Shown here piece after piece: positions 25,021 to 34,427 of a stretch of DNA of 35,331 bases (its first letter is position 1; every line of letters starts with the position of its first letter). The notes beneath the pieces were generated by a model, which saw only the letters and a program-made list of their open reading frames with translations, was not told the origin of the DNA and made no database searches. The DNA comes from a virus (Duplodnaviria > Caudoviricetes), in the IMG/VR virus record IMGVR_UViG_3300005286_000486, positions 1 to 35,331 of that record; one strand, written 5' to 3'. The position numbers were made by a program, and so were the translations under genes.

Positions 25021-25583
25021 TGACGACAATCGAGCAACGTGGTTCCGCCATAATCCGGCGCCTGCCGGCGAATGCGACAATGGCAGAGGTCGGGGTACTT
25101 CTCGGCGCCCTGTCCGAATATATCCTGCGTCAGCGCAAGGATGTCTCGGTGCTGATGATCGACAACTGGCAGACCACTGACAACCAGCCCGAGAGCTACA
25201 AGGCAACGGGTGACGACCATGCGCTGCACGCCGATGCGAAGCGCGTTCAGGCGCACCGCCAGCAGGCAGAGAACCGGGCGAGGCATTTTCCCGGCCGCGC
25301 CAAGATCATGGCGATGTCATCGGTTGAGGCGGCCGCCAAGGTACCTGATGCGTCGCTGGATCTGGTGTTCCTGGATGCCGACCACTCCTATGAGGGTGTC
25401 AAAGCTGATCTGGCCGCATGGCTCCCGAAGGTGAAGCCTGGCGGTTGGATCGGCGGGCATGACTACGACAATCCCGATCGGCGGTTCCGGTTCGGCGTTG
25501 CTCGGGCTGTCGACGAATGGGCGGCTGACACTGGCCGCGACATAGATCTCGACGAAAACTTTACCTGGTTCGCGAGGGTGTGA
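25020..25583 (+). CDS. Class I SAM-dependent methyltransferase (Methyltransf_24-like)
   Basis: AEVGV..G, IDNW, LDLVFLDADHSYEGVKADL..W.PKVKPGGWIGGHDY. Confidence 0.88.
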   Translation: MTTIEQRGSAIIRRLPANATMAEVGVLLGALSEYILRQRKDVSVLMIDNWQTTDNQPESYKATGDDHALHADAKRVQAHRQQAENRARHFPGRAKIMAMSSVEAAAKVPDASLDLVFLDADHSYEGVKADLAAWLPKVKPGGWIGGHDYDNPDRRFRFGVARAVDEWAADTGRDIDLDENFTWFARV

Positions 25584-25927
25584 TGACAATACCGGTTCCT
25601 AATGTGCTCGTGACGATTGACGCGAAGGGTAAGGCCTCCGTGGAAGTCGCCGGCGTAAAGATGGCAGGAGTTCTTCGCGTCTCGTCAGAGTTCGGGATGG
25701 AAGCTGGAAGCGTTGTTATCGAGGTGCATCCTCGATTTGTTCGTTATGAGCAGCGCGTCTCCTCAATCGCTGATGCTCAGGAGCAGTTGCGTCGTCGCCT
25801 TGCCGATCTTGATCGGCTTTCTCTCCAGGGCCGGCAGGAGATGGACGCTCTTACCCGTGAGAACGACGATCTGAAGCGTCAGCTCGCGCAGAGGCCGAGA
25901 GTTCGGGTCAAAGCGGGGCGTTCCTGA
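25580..25927 (+). CDS. Hypothetical protein (beta N-terminus + coiled coil)
   Basis: GTGATG coupling; fills the gap up to the head-closure gene. Confidence 0.65.
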   Translation: MMTIPVPNVLVTIDAKGKASVEVAGVKMAGVLRVSSEFGMEAGSVVIEVHPRFVRYEQRVSSIADAQEQLRRRLADLDRLSLQGRQEMDALTRENDDLKRQLAQRPRVRVKAGRS

Positions 25928-25928
25928 A

Positions 25929-26273
25929 ATGGCAAAGCGCGGAGCGGGACAGCTCTTCGAGAAGGTTGCCTTCGACGAGCGGGCGAACTCGTCGGATGGC
26001 TACGGAAACGAGCAGGGCGACTTCGCGGAGGTGTTCCAGTGCCGTGCGGGGTTCACCTACCTGCGCGGCTCGGAGGCCGTCATAGCGTCACGGCTGGAAG
26101 GCCGGCAGCCGATCGTTGTTCGGATCCGCGCGAGCAGCGACGCGCGCGAGATCACTCCTGACTGGCAGATGCGGGATCTGCGTACCGGTGAGGTCTATGC
26201 CGTCCAGTCCATCGCCCCGACCGAAGATCGCATGTTTCTTGACGTTCTTGTAGTGAGCGGGGTGGCTGCCTGA
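25929..26273 (+). CDS. Head closure / head-tail joining protein (SPP1 gp16-like)
   Basis: AGQL.EKVAF, DGYGN, LRGSE.V.A.RL.G.QP..VRIR, ITPDW...D...G..Y.V. Confidence 0.88.
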   Translation: MAKRGAGQLFEKVAFDERANSSDGYGNEQGDFAEVFQCRAGFTYLRGSEAVIASRLEGRQPIVVRIRASSDAREITPDWQMRDLRTGEVYAVQSIAPTEDRMFLDVLVVSGVAA

Positions 26274-26455
26274 TGCCTTGGGTTCGCTTTACCAAAGACA
26301 TGACATGGAAACCGCGCTCCATGGTTTCGATCGTATTCCGTGCCGGCATGGTCAAGAACGTCACGACGGCATGCGCTGAGGAAGCGTACCGGCGGGAGAG
26401 GGCGGTTCCGGCCACCAACCCGAAGCGCAAGCAGACCCATGGCGATCAAGGCTAA
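26273..26455 (+). CDS. Small neck-region hypothetical protein
   Basis: TGATG coupling; MPWVRF...W.P pattern; located between neck genes. Confidence 0.65.
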   Translation: MPWVRFTKDMTWKPRSMVSIVFRAGMVKNVTTACAEEAYRRERAVPATNPKRKQTHGDQG

Positions 26456-26864
26456 AATTCTCGGCCGGGAGAAGGTTATGCGCCTTCTCAATGACGTTGT
26501 GCCAGAGGCCGAGAAAGAGTTGGCGAAGGCCCAAATGGAAGGCGCGCAGCAGGTTGCGAACAAGATCAAGCCTCGCGCTCCCGGGCCGCGTACCGGCGCC
26601 TACCAAGCGAGCATCCAAGCCGACCGGCTGGCGAACCGACCGAAGGAACGAGCCCTCGGCCGTGGAGCCTCCAACTCCAACACGAAAGACCCGAACGCAA
26701 CCGGCGTTTTCGCTGACTTCATCTGGCGGTTTCTGGAGTTCGGGACAGTCAAGATGGCGAAGCGTCCGCATATCTTCCCGACGTGGCGAGCCGAGCGAAA
26801 GCGTGTCCGTGCCCGTATGGCGGCCGCCGTCCGCAAGGCCGTGAAGAAGGCAAAGAGCAAGTAA
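26439..26864 (+). CDS. HK97 gp10-like tail completion protein
   Basis: AP..TGAYQASI, WRFLEFGTVKMAKRPHIFP. Confidence 0.88.
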   Translation: MAIKAKILGREKVMRLLNDVVPEAEKELAKAQMEGAQQVANKIKPRAPGPRTGAYQASIQADRLANRPKERALGRGASNSNTKDPNATGVFADFIWRFLEFGTVKMAKRPHIFPTWRAERKRVRARMAAAVRKAVKKAKSK

Positions 26865-26865
26865 C

Positions 26866-27270
26866 ATGACATCACCCAGCCTTGAGCTTCAGGGGGCGAT
26901 CGTCACCCGCCTGAAGGCGACCAATGCCGTCACGTCGCTGGTCGGTGCGCGCGTCTATGACCGTGTTCCGGATGACCCGACGTTTCCGTACGTCACCATT
27001 GGCGAGGGTGATGAACTCTCGGAGGACGCCGATTGCATCACAGGCTTCGATATCTCGCTCGATATAGATGTCTGGTCCCGCGCCGTGGGCTTCCCCGAGG
27101 CAAAAAGCATCAGCGACGCCATCCGTTCCGCTCTGACTTCTACGGAACTGACCATCACCCAAAACGCGCTGGTCTACTTCCAGCATAGGCAAACGCGGTT
27201 CCTCCGGGACCCCGACGGGCTGACCCAGCACGCGGTTCTCACCTTCGAAGCCTTCGCAGAACAACCCTAA
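26866..27270 (+). CDS. Tail terminator (DUF3168)
   Basis: LQGAIV.RL, RVYDRVP...FPYVTIG, DVWSR..GF.EAK, RDPDGLT.H. Confidence 0.9.
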   Translation: MTSPSLELQGAIVTRLKATNAVTSLVGARVYDRVPDDPTFPYVTIGEGDELSEDADCITGFDISLDIDVWSRAVGFPEAKSISDAIRSALTSTELTITQNALVYFQHRQTRFLRDPDGLTQHAVLTFEAFAEQP

Positions 27271-27293
27271 CGCCATTCACAGGAGACATCGAA

Positions 27294-27734
27294 ATGGCTC
27301 AGGCTACGACTATCAAATCTGGCAAGATCAAGGTGATGCTCGGTGACGGTGCATCCCCCGAAACCTTTGCCGCGCCGTGCGGCTTCACCGACCGTTCCAT
27401 CACCTTTTCAAAGGGGCTGGAAGAGGTGCGCGTACCGGACTGCGACGACCCGGACAAGGTTGACTGGCTTGGCCGCGACGCCACCTCGCTTTCCATGTCG
27501 ATCAGCGGCGAAGGCGTTCTCGCGTCGGAGAGCGTCGACACCTGGCTCGAGGCTTGGGAGTCTGTCGACTCCGTGAGCGCCCGTATCGAGATCGAGTTTA
27601 CCAACCGTACCATCGTCTGGGTCGGCCGGATGCACGTCGAGAGCCTCGAAGTCGGCGCATCGAACGGACAGCGGGCGACGATGAACGTCTCGATGCAGTC
27701 CGATGGCGAGATGGTCAGGACGGAGGAAACCTGA
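27294..27734 (+). CDS. Major tail (tube) protein
   Basis: GDGASPETFAAPCG, PDCDDPD...W, SISGEGV, SDGE; AGGAG RBS. Confidence 0.9.
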   Translation: MAQATTIKSGKIKVMLGDGASPETFAAPCGFTDRSITFSKGLEEVRVPDCDDPDKVDWLGRDATSLSMSISGEGVLASESVDTWLEAWESVDSVSARIEIEFTNRTIVWVGRMHVESLEVGASNGQRATMNVSMQSDGEMVRTEET

Positions 27735-28144
27735 TGAGCAGAGACGGCTCCTGCGAGGTCGTCTTCAACGGCCAAAGAACGCAGTTCAAGCTCGCCTGGC
27801 GCGAGCTGATGAAAATCCAGGAGGCCTGCGACGCCGGGCCTTACGTGGTGCTCGACCGGCTCGTGTCGGGCAGGTGGCGGCTTCAGGATATTTCCGAGGT
27901 CATCAAGTGGGGCCTGATCGGTGGCGGCATGTCGCAGGCCGAGGCCCTGAAACTGGTCGAGAGCGAGGTCGAGGGGCGCCCACCGCTGGAAAACCTCGTG
28001 ATCGCACAGACCGTCCTTGGCGCCGGCGTGGTCGGTGCTCCGGAGGAAGATGTCGGAAAAAAATCCGAGGCGGCAAGTCAGGAGGGGAGCAGCCTCTCCC
28101 AAACGGAAAGCTCCGATTTGCCGCCATCATCGGAAACGGCATAG
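27734..28144 (+). CDS. Tail assembly chaperone G (GTA-gp10-like)
   Basis: L..IQEACDAGP, VIKWGLIGGGM; lies between tail tube and tape measure. Confidence 0.88.
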   Translation: MSRDGSCEVVFNGQRTQFKLAWRELMKIQEACDAGPYVVLDRLVSGRWRLQDISEVIKWGLIGGGMSQAEALKLVESEVEGRPPLENLVIAQTVLGAGVVGAPEEDVGKKSEAASQEGSSLSQTESSDLPPSSETA

Positions 28145-28296
28145 CTATGGGGATGTCGCCTGCCGAGACGCTGGCGTGTTCTGTCTTCGAATACCTCGCC
28201 GCTCTGGATGGCTTCATCGCAGCCAACGATCCGGACGCAGACAAGAAGCTGACCGATTCCGAGAAGGACGATCTCTGGGCATGGTTGAACGGGTGA
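28055..28296 (+). CDS. Tail assembly chaperone GT extension reached by programmed -1 frameshift
   Basis: GGA AAA AAA slippery site at 28055-28063; -1 frame open to 28296 (GMSPAE....SVFEY.A.LDG). Confidence 0.8.
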
Positions 28297-28300
28297 TCTG

Positions 28301-30259
28301 ATGGCGACTGACAATGAACAGCTGGTGCTCAGCATCAGCGCCGATGTGCGCCAGATCCAGCGCCAGTTGAAAAGCCTCGTCGGGCAGACCGAGCGCGACA
28401 CGAAGGCGATCGAGCAAGCGTTCGGCGGCATCGACAAGGCCGCGTCTGGTGCCTTCAACGGTGTGGCCGCGAATAGCAATAACGCATTCAAGGTTGGTGC
28501 CAACGGCGCTCGGCAGTTTGAGCGGGCAATGAACTCGTCTCGGCTGCAGACTGCCAACCTCGCAGCCCAGCTCAACGACATCGGCGTGCAGCTGGCCGGT
28601 GGTCAGTCGCCGTTCCTGATCGCCCTGCAGCAGGGTGCGCAGATAAACCAGGTGCTGGGACAGGGCGGCGCTCGTGCTGCCGTTGGCGCGCTTGCCGGCG
28701 CCTTCACGTCGCTCATCAATCCGGTGTCGTTGGCGACCATCGCGATCATTTCGCTGGGCGGCACGGCAGTCCAGTATTTTACGAGCCTTCTGTCGGAAGG
28801 CGAGAAAACTGAAGAGACGCTGAAACGACAGGCTGAGCTCATCCGTGGCTTGGCGAAGGAGTGGGGGGATACGATTCCAGCCATCCGCGAATACGCGGAC
28901 GAGTTGGAGAGGGCTCAGAAGCTGGCGAACCTGCGTGAAGGCGCGGAAATCATCAATGCCGATACACTGGAAGCGACGCGAGCCTCTATCGCAGAGGTAG
29001 GTGTCGCGGTCGCTGATGTCGTCAGTCAACTGCAGGCGGCGGGTGAGGAAACCGAAATCATCACCGGTCTCCAGAGTGCTTTCAACGATTTCTCTGAAGC
29101 CGCCGAGCAGGGGAGCCTTACCGTCGAGGATGTTGAGCGGGTTCAGGATGCGCTTGCGGCGGCAATTGCAAGCACCGGGATACCTGCACTGGCCGACTTT
29201 AAGGCAATGTTCGATCAGCTTGCTGCCTCCGCGCTCAATGCGGCCGGAAGTGTTCAGCAGTTGAATGCTGCCACCGGCGCAGCCACGACCGGCCTATATC
29301 CATCGCGAGGTGCTTATCGCGGCGTCGAGCGAACCTCGGACGGCAACATCCAGAACGGCGGATATATGACGCCAGAGCAGGGGCCGGTGCCACGGTCCAG
29401 GCCGTTGATTGAACTAGAGGGGTTGCCGAAGGCACGCGGAGGAGGAGGACGTTCCAAGGCAATCAGCGAGGCGCAGCGCGAGCGCGAAGCGGTGGCGAAG
29501 CTCATCGAGCAGCTTGAGTTCGAGCACTCGCTGATTGGCATGACCGACCAGGAGCGCGAGGTCGCGAATGCTCTGCGCCGCGCCGGCGCCGCGGCGACGG
29601 ACGAACAGCGCGCCAAGATCGAGCAACTGGTCGAGGCGACCTATGCCGAGCGAGAGGCCCTGAAAGCCAATCAGGAAGCGATGCGCGAGCTGCAGGCGAT
29701 CGGCAAAGAAGTCCTGGGCGGGATCGTGTCCGATCTGAGGGCAGGCAAGAGCGGTGCCGACATCCTCGCCAATGCTCTCGACCGGGTGATCGACAAGCTC
29801 GCCAGTTCCGCGATCGATAGCCTGTTCTCCGGATTTGGTACCGGCGGCAGGGGCGGTCTGCTCGGCGGCTTCCTGATCCCCGGCATCCTGCATAGTGGTG
29901 GTGTTGCTGGCAGGGATGGTTACGGGCACGGCCGTTCGGTGTCGCCGGGGGTGTTCACCGGTGCTCGTCGTTATCACTCAGGCGGCGTTGCTGGCCTCCA
30001 GCCTGGCGAGGTTCCGGCGATCCTGCAGCGCGGAGAGGTGGTCTTGCCTCGCGGCACAAAGATGGGCAAGCAGTGGGTTCACGTAACAGTCGGGGTGTCT
30101 GCCGACAACAATGGCAACCTCCTGCCGTTCGTCGAGAACGTTTCCGACGGCGCGGTGCAGAAGGCCGCGCCGGGGATTTTGCGGGTCGCGAACAGTCAGG
30201 TCGTGCCGACGATGGCGCGTCATCGAGACGCCAAGGGAGGTGCGGAATGGCGGATATAA
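28301..30259 (+). CDS. Tape measure protein (652 aa)
   Basis: NLAAQLNDIGVQLAGGQSPFLIALQQGAQI (lambda-type TMP domain); Ala-rich helical body; HSGG...EVPAILQRGE.V C-terminus. Confidence 0.93.
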   Translation: MATDNEQLVLSISADVRQIQRQLKSLVGQTERDTKAIEQAFGGIDKAASGAFNGVAANSNNAFKVGANGARQFERAMNSSRLQTANLAAQLNDIGVQLAGGQSPFLIALQQGAQINQVLGQGGARAAVGALAGAFTSLINPVSLATIAIISLGGTAVQYFTSLLSEGEKTEETLKRQAELIRGLAKEWGDTIPAIREYADELERAQKLANLREGAEIINADTLEATRASIAEVGVAVADVVSQLQAAGEETEIITGLQSAFNDFSEAAEQGSLTVEDVERVQDALAAAIASTGIPALADFKAMFDQLAASALNAAGSVQQLNAATGAATTGLYPSRGAYRGVERTSDGNIQNGGYMTPEQGPVPRSRPLIELEGLPKARGGGGRSKAISEAQREREAVAKLIEQLEFEHSLIGMTDQEREVANALRRAGAAATDEQRAKIEQLVEATYAEREALKANQEAMRELQAIGKEVLGGIVSDLRAGKSGADILANALDRVIDKLASSAIDSLFSGFGTGGRGGLLGGFLIPGILHSGGVAGRDGYGHGRSVSPGVFTGARRYHSGGVAGLQPGEVPAILQRGEVVLPRGTKMGKQWVHVTVGVSADNNGNLLPFVENVSDGAVQKAAPGILRVANSQVVPTMARHRDAKGGAEWRI

Positions 30260-30954
30260 TCGAGTGGCCGTTCTGCATCCTCACGCCACAGGCGGTGTCC
30301 GCCAACGTCGTGCCGTTCACCAGGTCAGGCGGATACACGCTTGGCGGAATTGAGCCATCGACGAGAACGGATCTCGGATATTGGGCCGTAGACTACGGCA
30401 ACGTCGTGATGCGCAACAATCGGCGGGAGCAGTGGAAGGTTTGGCAGGCGCTGCGGCAGAAGCTTGGCGGCAAGTCCGGCCTTGTTGCTGTTCATGTTCA
30501 GTCCGGCCTGTCCGCGCCGTATATCTCAGGCAGATATGAGGCCGCGGGCGAAACGCTGCACGATGACGACACCCCATTCGATGACGACACGCCTTACGTG
30601 CAGAACGCCATTTCGGTGGTATCGGACGGGGTGACGGCAGTCGGCGCGACGCAAATCAAACTGCGCATCATCAACGCGGCACACGACCTCGTCGGGGTCC
30701 GTTTTTCTTACGACCACGCGCTCTATGAGACGGGGCCGGCAATCTCGATCGATGGCGACATCTGGACCGTGCCGATCTGGCCATCCGTGCGGGCGCTCAT
30801 CCCGCACAATGCCGACCTGGAGTTCGATCATCCGACCTGCCTCTGTCACCTTGCGGATGACCGCGGCATGGACGTGATGCAGGACGGGATCACCAAGCAT
30901 TCGCTGCCATCGGTCAGCTTCGTCGAGGCCACCGACTACTGGGCCTCTCTCTAG
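30247..30954 (+). CDS. Putative distal tail protein
   Basis: First gene after TMP; start re-called at MADIIEWP (30247). Confidence 0.7.
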   Translation: MADIIEWPFCILTPQAVSANVVPFTRSGGYTLGGIEPSTRTDLGYWAVDYGNVVMRNNRREQWKVWQALRQKLGGKSGLVAVHVQSGLSAPYISGRYEAAGETLHDDDTPFDDDTPYVQNAISVVSDGVTAVGATQIKLRIINAAHDLVGVRFSYDHALYETGPAISIDGDIWTVPIWPSVRALIPHNADLEFDHPTCLCHLADDRGMDVMQDGITKHSLPSVSFVEATDYWASL

Positions 30955-30977
30955 GTCAACCCAGATCAGGATCAGTC

Positions 30978-31550
30978 ATGGCTATGAAGTCACTTCGCAT
31001 CCTCTGCGATGCGATACTGCCTGACGTCACACTCCGGCTATGGGACGGGTCGGGTGGCAAGTTCATTGACGACGACGGCAATGAATATATCCCGGCCCAG
31101 TTTACCGAAGATGCGCTCCAGCAGATAGAGGCAGCGATCAACGGGGAGGCGTTCACGCTGTCCCTGTCACTGGTGTCTGTCGCATCGTCCGTGGCCGACG
31201 ATATCTGGCAGTACGACGAGACGACCAGCGTTCAAGGCTCGCCGTTCATCGTCAAGCTGCAGGTGCTGGATGAGTACGAGATGCCGGACGGTGAGCCGAC
31301 CGTCGTGTTCACTGGCGAGATCGACAATCTCGACGTAGTCGATGAGGCTTCTGACACCGGCATCACGTCTCGCATCAACGTCGAGATCACCAACCGCTTC
31401 ACGCTCCGCACGCTGACAAACGGCGCCGTACTCTCGGACGTCGACCAACGCGCGCGAGCGAAGATCCTCAACCCATCGGCACCCGACGACAAGTTCTGCA
31501 TTCGTGTGCCCTTGATGCGTGACCAGAAAATCCGATGGCCCAACTGGTAA
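30978..31550 (+). CDS. Putative tail tip/hub protein
   Basis: RLWDG.G...D..G..Y, VFTGEID, SDVDQR...PDDKFC...WP; position in tail module. Confidence 0.7.
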   Translation: MAMKSLRILCDAILPDVTLRLWDGSGGKFIDDDGNEYIPAQFTEDALQQIEAAINGEAFTLSLSLVSVASSVADDIWQYDETTSVQGSPFIVKLQVLDEYEMPDGEPTVVFTGEIDNLDVVDEASDTGITSRINVEITNRFTLRTLTNGAVLSDVDQRARAKILNPSAPDDKFCIRVPLMRDQKIRWPNW

Positions 31551-31963
31551 CGGGTGCCGACGCGCTCGACGCCTTCCTCGCTCACTATGGCCCATTGCCA
31601 TGGTCGCCCGGATACAAGGTCGATTGCTGTCTCGCGCTCGCCGAATGGGCCATGTGGCTGGGGCATCCCGACCCGGCGTCTCACCTGCGTGGCACCTATG
31701 ACAGCGATGACGGATTCCGGGCCATTATCGCGGCTCATCAGGGCGTGTCGCCGCTGGTCGCGGGGTGTGTCGCCCAAATAGGCGGCGAGCCTGTGGAGCG
31801 CCCGTTGCGTGGCGATCTCGGGGTCATCGGAAGTTCAACCAACATACACAGACAGTTCGGTGCTCTCCACGACGGAGGCGGTTGGCTCGTGTGCACCGCG
31901 CGCGGCTTCGAACGAGTCTGTGCTCGAACACTTCGAATCTGGAGGATTGCATGCCGCAGCTAA
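31535..31963 (+). CDS. Tail assembly protein, NlpC/P60-like (DUF6950-type)
   Basis: PW..G..DCC..LAEW...GHPDPA..LRGTY, RGDLGV. Confidence 0.75.
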   Translation: MAQLVTGADALDAFLAHYGPLPWSPGYKVDCCLALAEWAMWLGHPDPASHLRGTYDSDDGFRAIIAAHQGVSPLVAGCVAQIGGEPVERPLRGDLGVIGSSTNIHRQFGALHDGGGWLVCTARGFERVCARTLRIWRIACRS

Positions 31964-32982
31964 TTGCCGGCCCTATCTTCTCCTTTCTGATCTCATCGAC
32001 TGCAATCGCGACGACGCTCGCCGGACCACTGGCAACGGCGCTCGGTTACGCGATTTTTGCGGGAGGCGCGTATCTTGCGAGTTCATTGCTGGCGCCAGAT
32101 CAGCCGAAGGTCCCGAAGCCGGAGGATGGCTCCTATAACCTCAAGCAGCCAATCCCATCGCTGCCGTACGTTCTGGGGCGGGTGAAAAAGGGCGGTGACT
32201 ATGTTTTCCTCGAGGAGACAGGCGGCACGGCATACCACATTCTCGTGTGGGCCGGTCATCGCATCGAGGGCTACGTCCGGCACTACCTGCACGACGAAAG
32301 AACGACGCTCGACAGCGACGGCTACGTCTCCAGCCCATCCCACTACACTGTAGGCACAGTCAAGCACGTGCGCATCCTGCAGCGCCTCGGCGCCAATGCG
32401 AGCACGGCCTATTCGCAGGTGTCGTCGGCCTTCCCTTCGAGTTTGGGGGAGTGCAGTACCGGGGTGATGGTTTGGCGAGCGTCTTGATGATGGTCAAGAC
32501 GGCCAGCCAAGAAAAACCACACGAAGGTCTTTCCCAACAACATGCCGGAGCATTCAGCTGTCGGCGATGGTGCGTGGCTTTATGACCCACGGAAGGATTC
32601 GACGCAGCCGGGCGGCTCCGGCTCGCATCGCTGGAATAACCCGAACACCTGGGAGTTTTCTCGCAACCTCGCCCTGATGCGCCTGTGGCACCTGTGCCAC
32701 CCCGTCGGCGGCAAGCTCTCCTATGCCGACATGTACATGCCGGACTGGATGCACGCCGCCGATGTCTGCGACGAGATCGTTGTCAATCGCAGCGGAGCGA
32801 ACGAGCGGCGGTATTGGGGCGGCTTCTGGTTTCGGGCGAACAACAACCCGGTTGAGGTGGCGCGCGTCATGGATGAAGCCGCCGAACTGGTGGTCTACGA
32901 GCGACCGGACGGCAAGATTGGTGTTCATGCCGGCGAGTTTGTCACGCCGGATATCACACTTAGACGTGGACGCATTGTCTAA
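31951..32982 (+). pseudogene. Central tail fibre / tip protein, split over three frames and truncated
   Basis: Frame 1 MPQLIAGP...AFPS; shift near 32440-32455 to YRGDGLASVLM; shift near 32515-32525 to KVFPNNMPEHSAV..LYDPRKDS; tail-like sequence ends near 32962. Confidence 0.75.
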
Positions 32983-33109
32983 CCCGAATGCGTAGCAAAA
33001 ATGTCCCGCCGTCGCATGACGGATGGATAGCGGCGCAGCTCTTCTTGACATCGATCGATATCGACCCGTAGACCAGAGCGATTGGTCTATCGGGGAGATA
33101 TAAGGGGCG

Positions 33110-34147
33110 ATGAACATATTCAGTCGGTTGTATAACAAGGCATTTCCAGCGCAGGCGAAATTCAGAGCATCGGTCCCCGAGATCATGACTTCCCTGAAGA
33201 AGATCCAGGATTACGGGTATCGAAACCGGAAGCTGATCGAAAACACTCTAGCCCTGATCGAGCGCCAGACCGTTTTCACCAACTACCTTTCTGCGGTCTC
33301 GATCATAAAGAACGAAGCGTCGTACATGCCGGAATGGCTCGAATACCACATCCTGATGGGTATCGAGAAATTCTACATCTACGACAACGATTCAACCGAC
33401 AATATCCGTGAAGTGCTGGAGCCATACATCGCCGCTGGCATTGTCGATTACATGCCGTGGTCGGGGAAGGCCCAGCAGGTCAACGTCTGCAACCATTGCC
33501 TCTCGAAATGCAAGCTGGACACCCGTTGGCTGCTGCATTTCGATATCGATGAGTTCATCGTTACGCAAACCGATGAGAACATCCCGGCCTATCTGAGGCG
33601 GATGGAGGAGCACCCGGCGATCCTGCTGACGTGGCTGGCGCATGGCACATCAGGGCACAAGACGCGCGTTCCCGGCCTCGTGATGGAGCGCTTCAAGGAT
33701 CACGTCGATTACGATCTTGCTAACTGGGTAGGGGCTCCCGGCGGCTGGACGAACTCGCAGGTGAAGCAGATCGTCAATCCTCGCCTTGTCGATCGGTTCG
33801 TTTCGCCCCACATGCAGCCGCTGCTCGGCTCTGCCGTGACGGTCAACAGCAAGGGGGAGGCGGTCCACGCCTTCAACCATGAGCCGGAAGGCCGAACGCT
33901 GGCGAACATTCACATCAACCACTACCCCCTGAAATCCGAGGAGGAGTTCTGGAACAAGCGGGGGAAGGGGCGCGGGACGAAGGTCATCGAAGACGAGAAG
34001 CAGCAAAAATACTACGACGACTATTTCAAGCGCCACAACCATAACGATGTGAAGAACGACCCGAGGATGGACAAGTTCATCCCGTTGGTGAAGCAGGCGA
34101 TAAAGGCCCGCTACAACGGGGCCGTCCCGGAAAACGTCGGGGTTTAG
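33110..34147 (+). CDS. Glycosyltransferase, GT92/GT2-like (moron)
   Basis: YLSAVSIIKNEASYMPEWLEYH..GIEKFYIYDNDSTD, WLLHFDIDEF, K.IVNP, INHY..KS.EEF..K..RG. Confidence 0.88.
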   Translation: MNIFSRLYNKAFPAQAKFRASVPEIMTSLKKIQDYGYRNRKLIENTLALIERQTVFTNYLSAVSIIKNEASYMPEWLEYHILMGIEKFYIYDNDSTDNIREVLEPYIAAGIVDYMPWSGKAQQVNVCNHCLSKCKLDTRWLLHFDIDEFIVTQTDENIPAYLRRMEEHPAILLTWLAHGTSGHKTRVPGLVMERFKDHVDYDLANWVGAPGGWTNSQVKQIVNPRLVDRFVSPHMQPLLGSAVTVNSKGEAVHAFNHEPEGRTLANIHINHYPLKSEEEFWNKRGKGRGTKVIEDEKQQKYYDDYFKRHNHNDVKNDPRMDKFIPLVKQAIKARYNGAVPENVGV

Positions 34148-34172
34148 GCGGGGATCTTCCCGCCATTTTTTT
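34147..34172 (+). terminator. Intrinsic terminator of the GT moron
   Basis: GGCGGGG-ATCT-TCCCGCC-ATTTTTTT. Confidence 0.8.
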
Positions 34173-34269
34173 GAAGCTCTACCATGGCGGCGAGGCATAT
34201 CGCCAAGGCAGGTGTCGCGGCCTGACAGTGAGGACCTTCCTCCAGCGCCGCGACCGAATGACCTTCGCC

Positions 34270-34427
34270 CCATTTACGGCTCCGGCTATATCGGGGATGA
34301 GGTGAAGCATATCATCACCACTGATCCCGCCGTGGCCGGCGCTATCGAGGCCGGTATCTCCGCGTTGATCGCCTCCGTTCCCGTTATGTGGTGGCGGCTG
34401 GCGAAACGTCTGGGGCTTCCGACGTGA
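34270..34427 (+). pseudogene. C-terminal part of a small holin-like membrane protein
   Basis: DPAVAGAIEAGISALIASVPVMWWRLAKRLGLPT resembles the end of small alphaproteobacterial phage holins; no credible N-terminal TM or start. Confidence 0.5.

Noticed and set aside
27294-28296. Gene transfer agent cluster
   Set aside because: GTA-like tail genes are shared with siphoviruses; repressor, replication and HNH/cos modules indicate a true phage.
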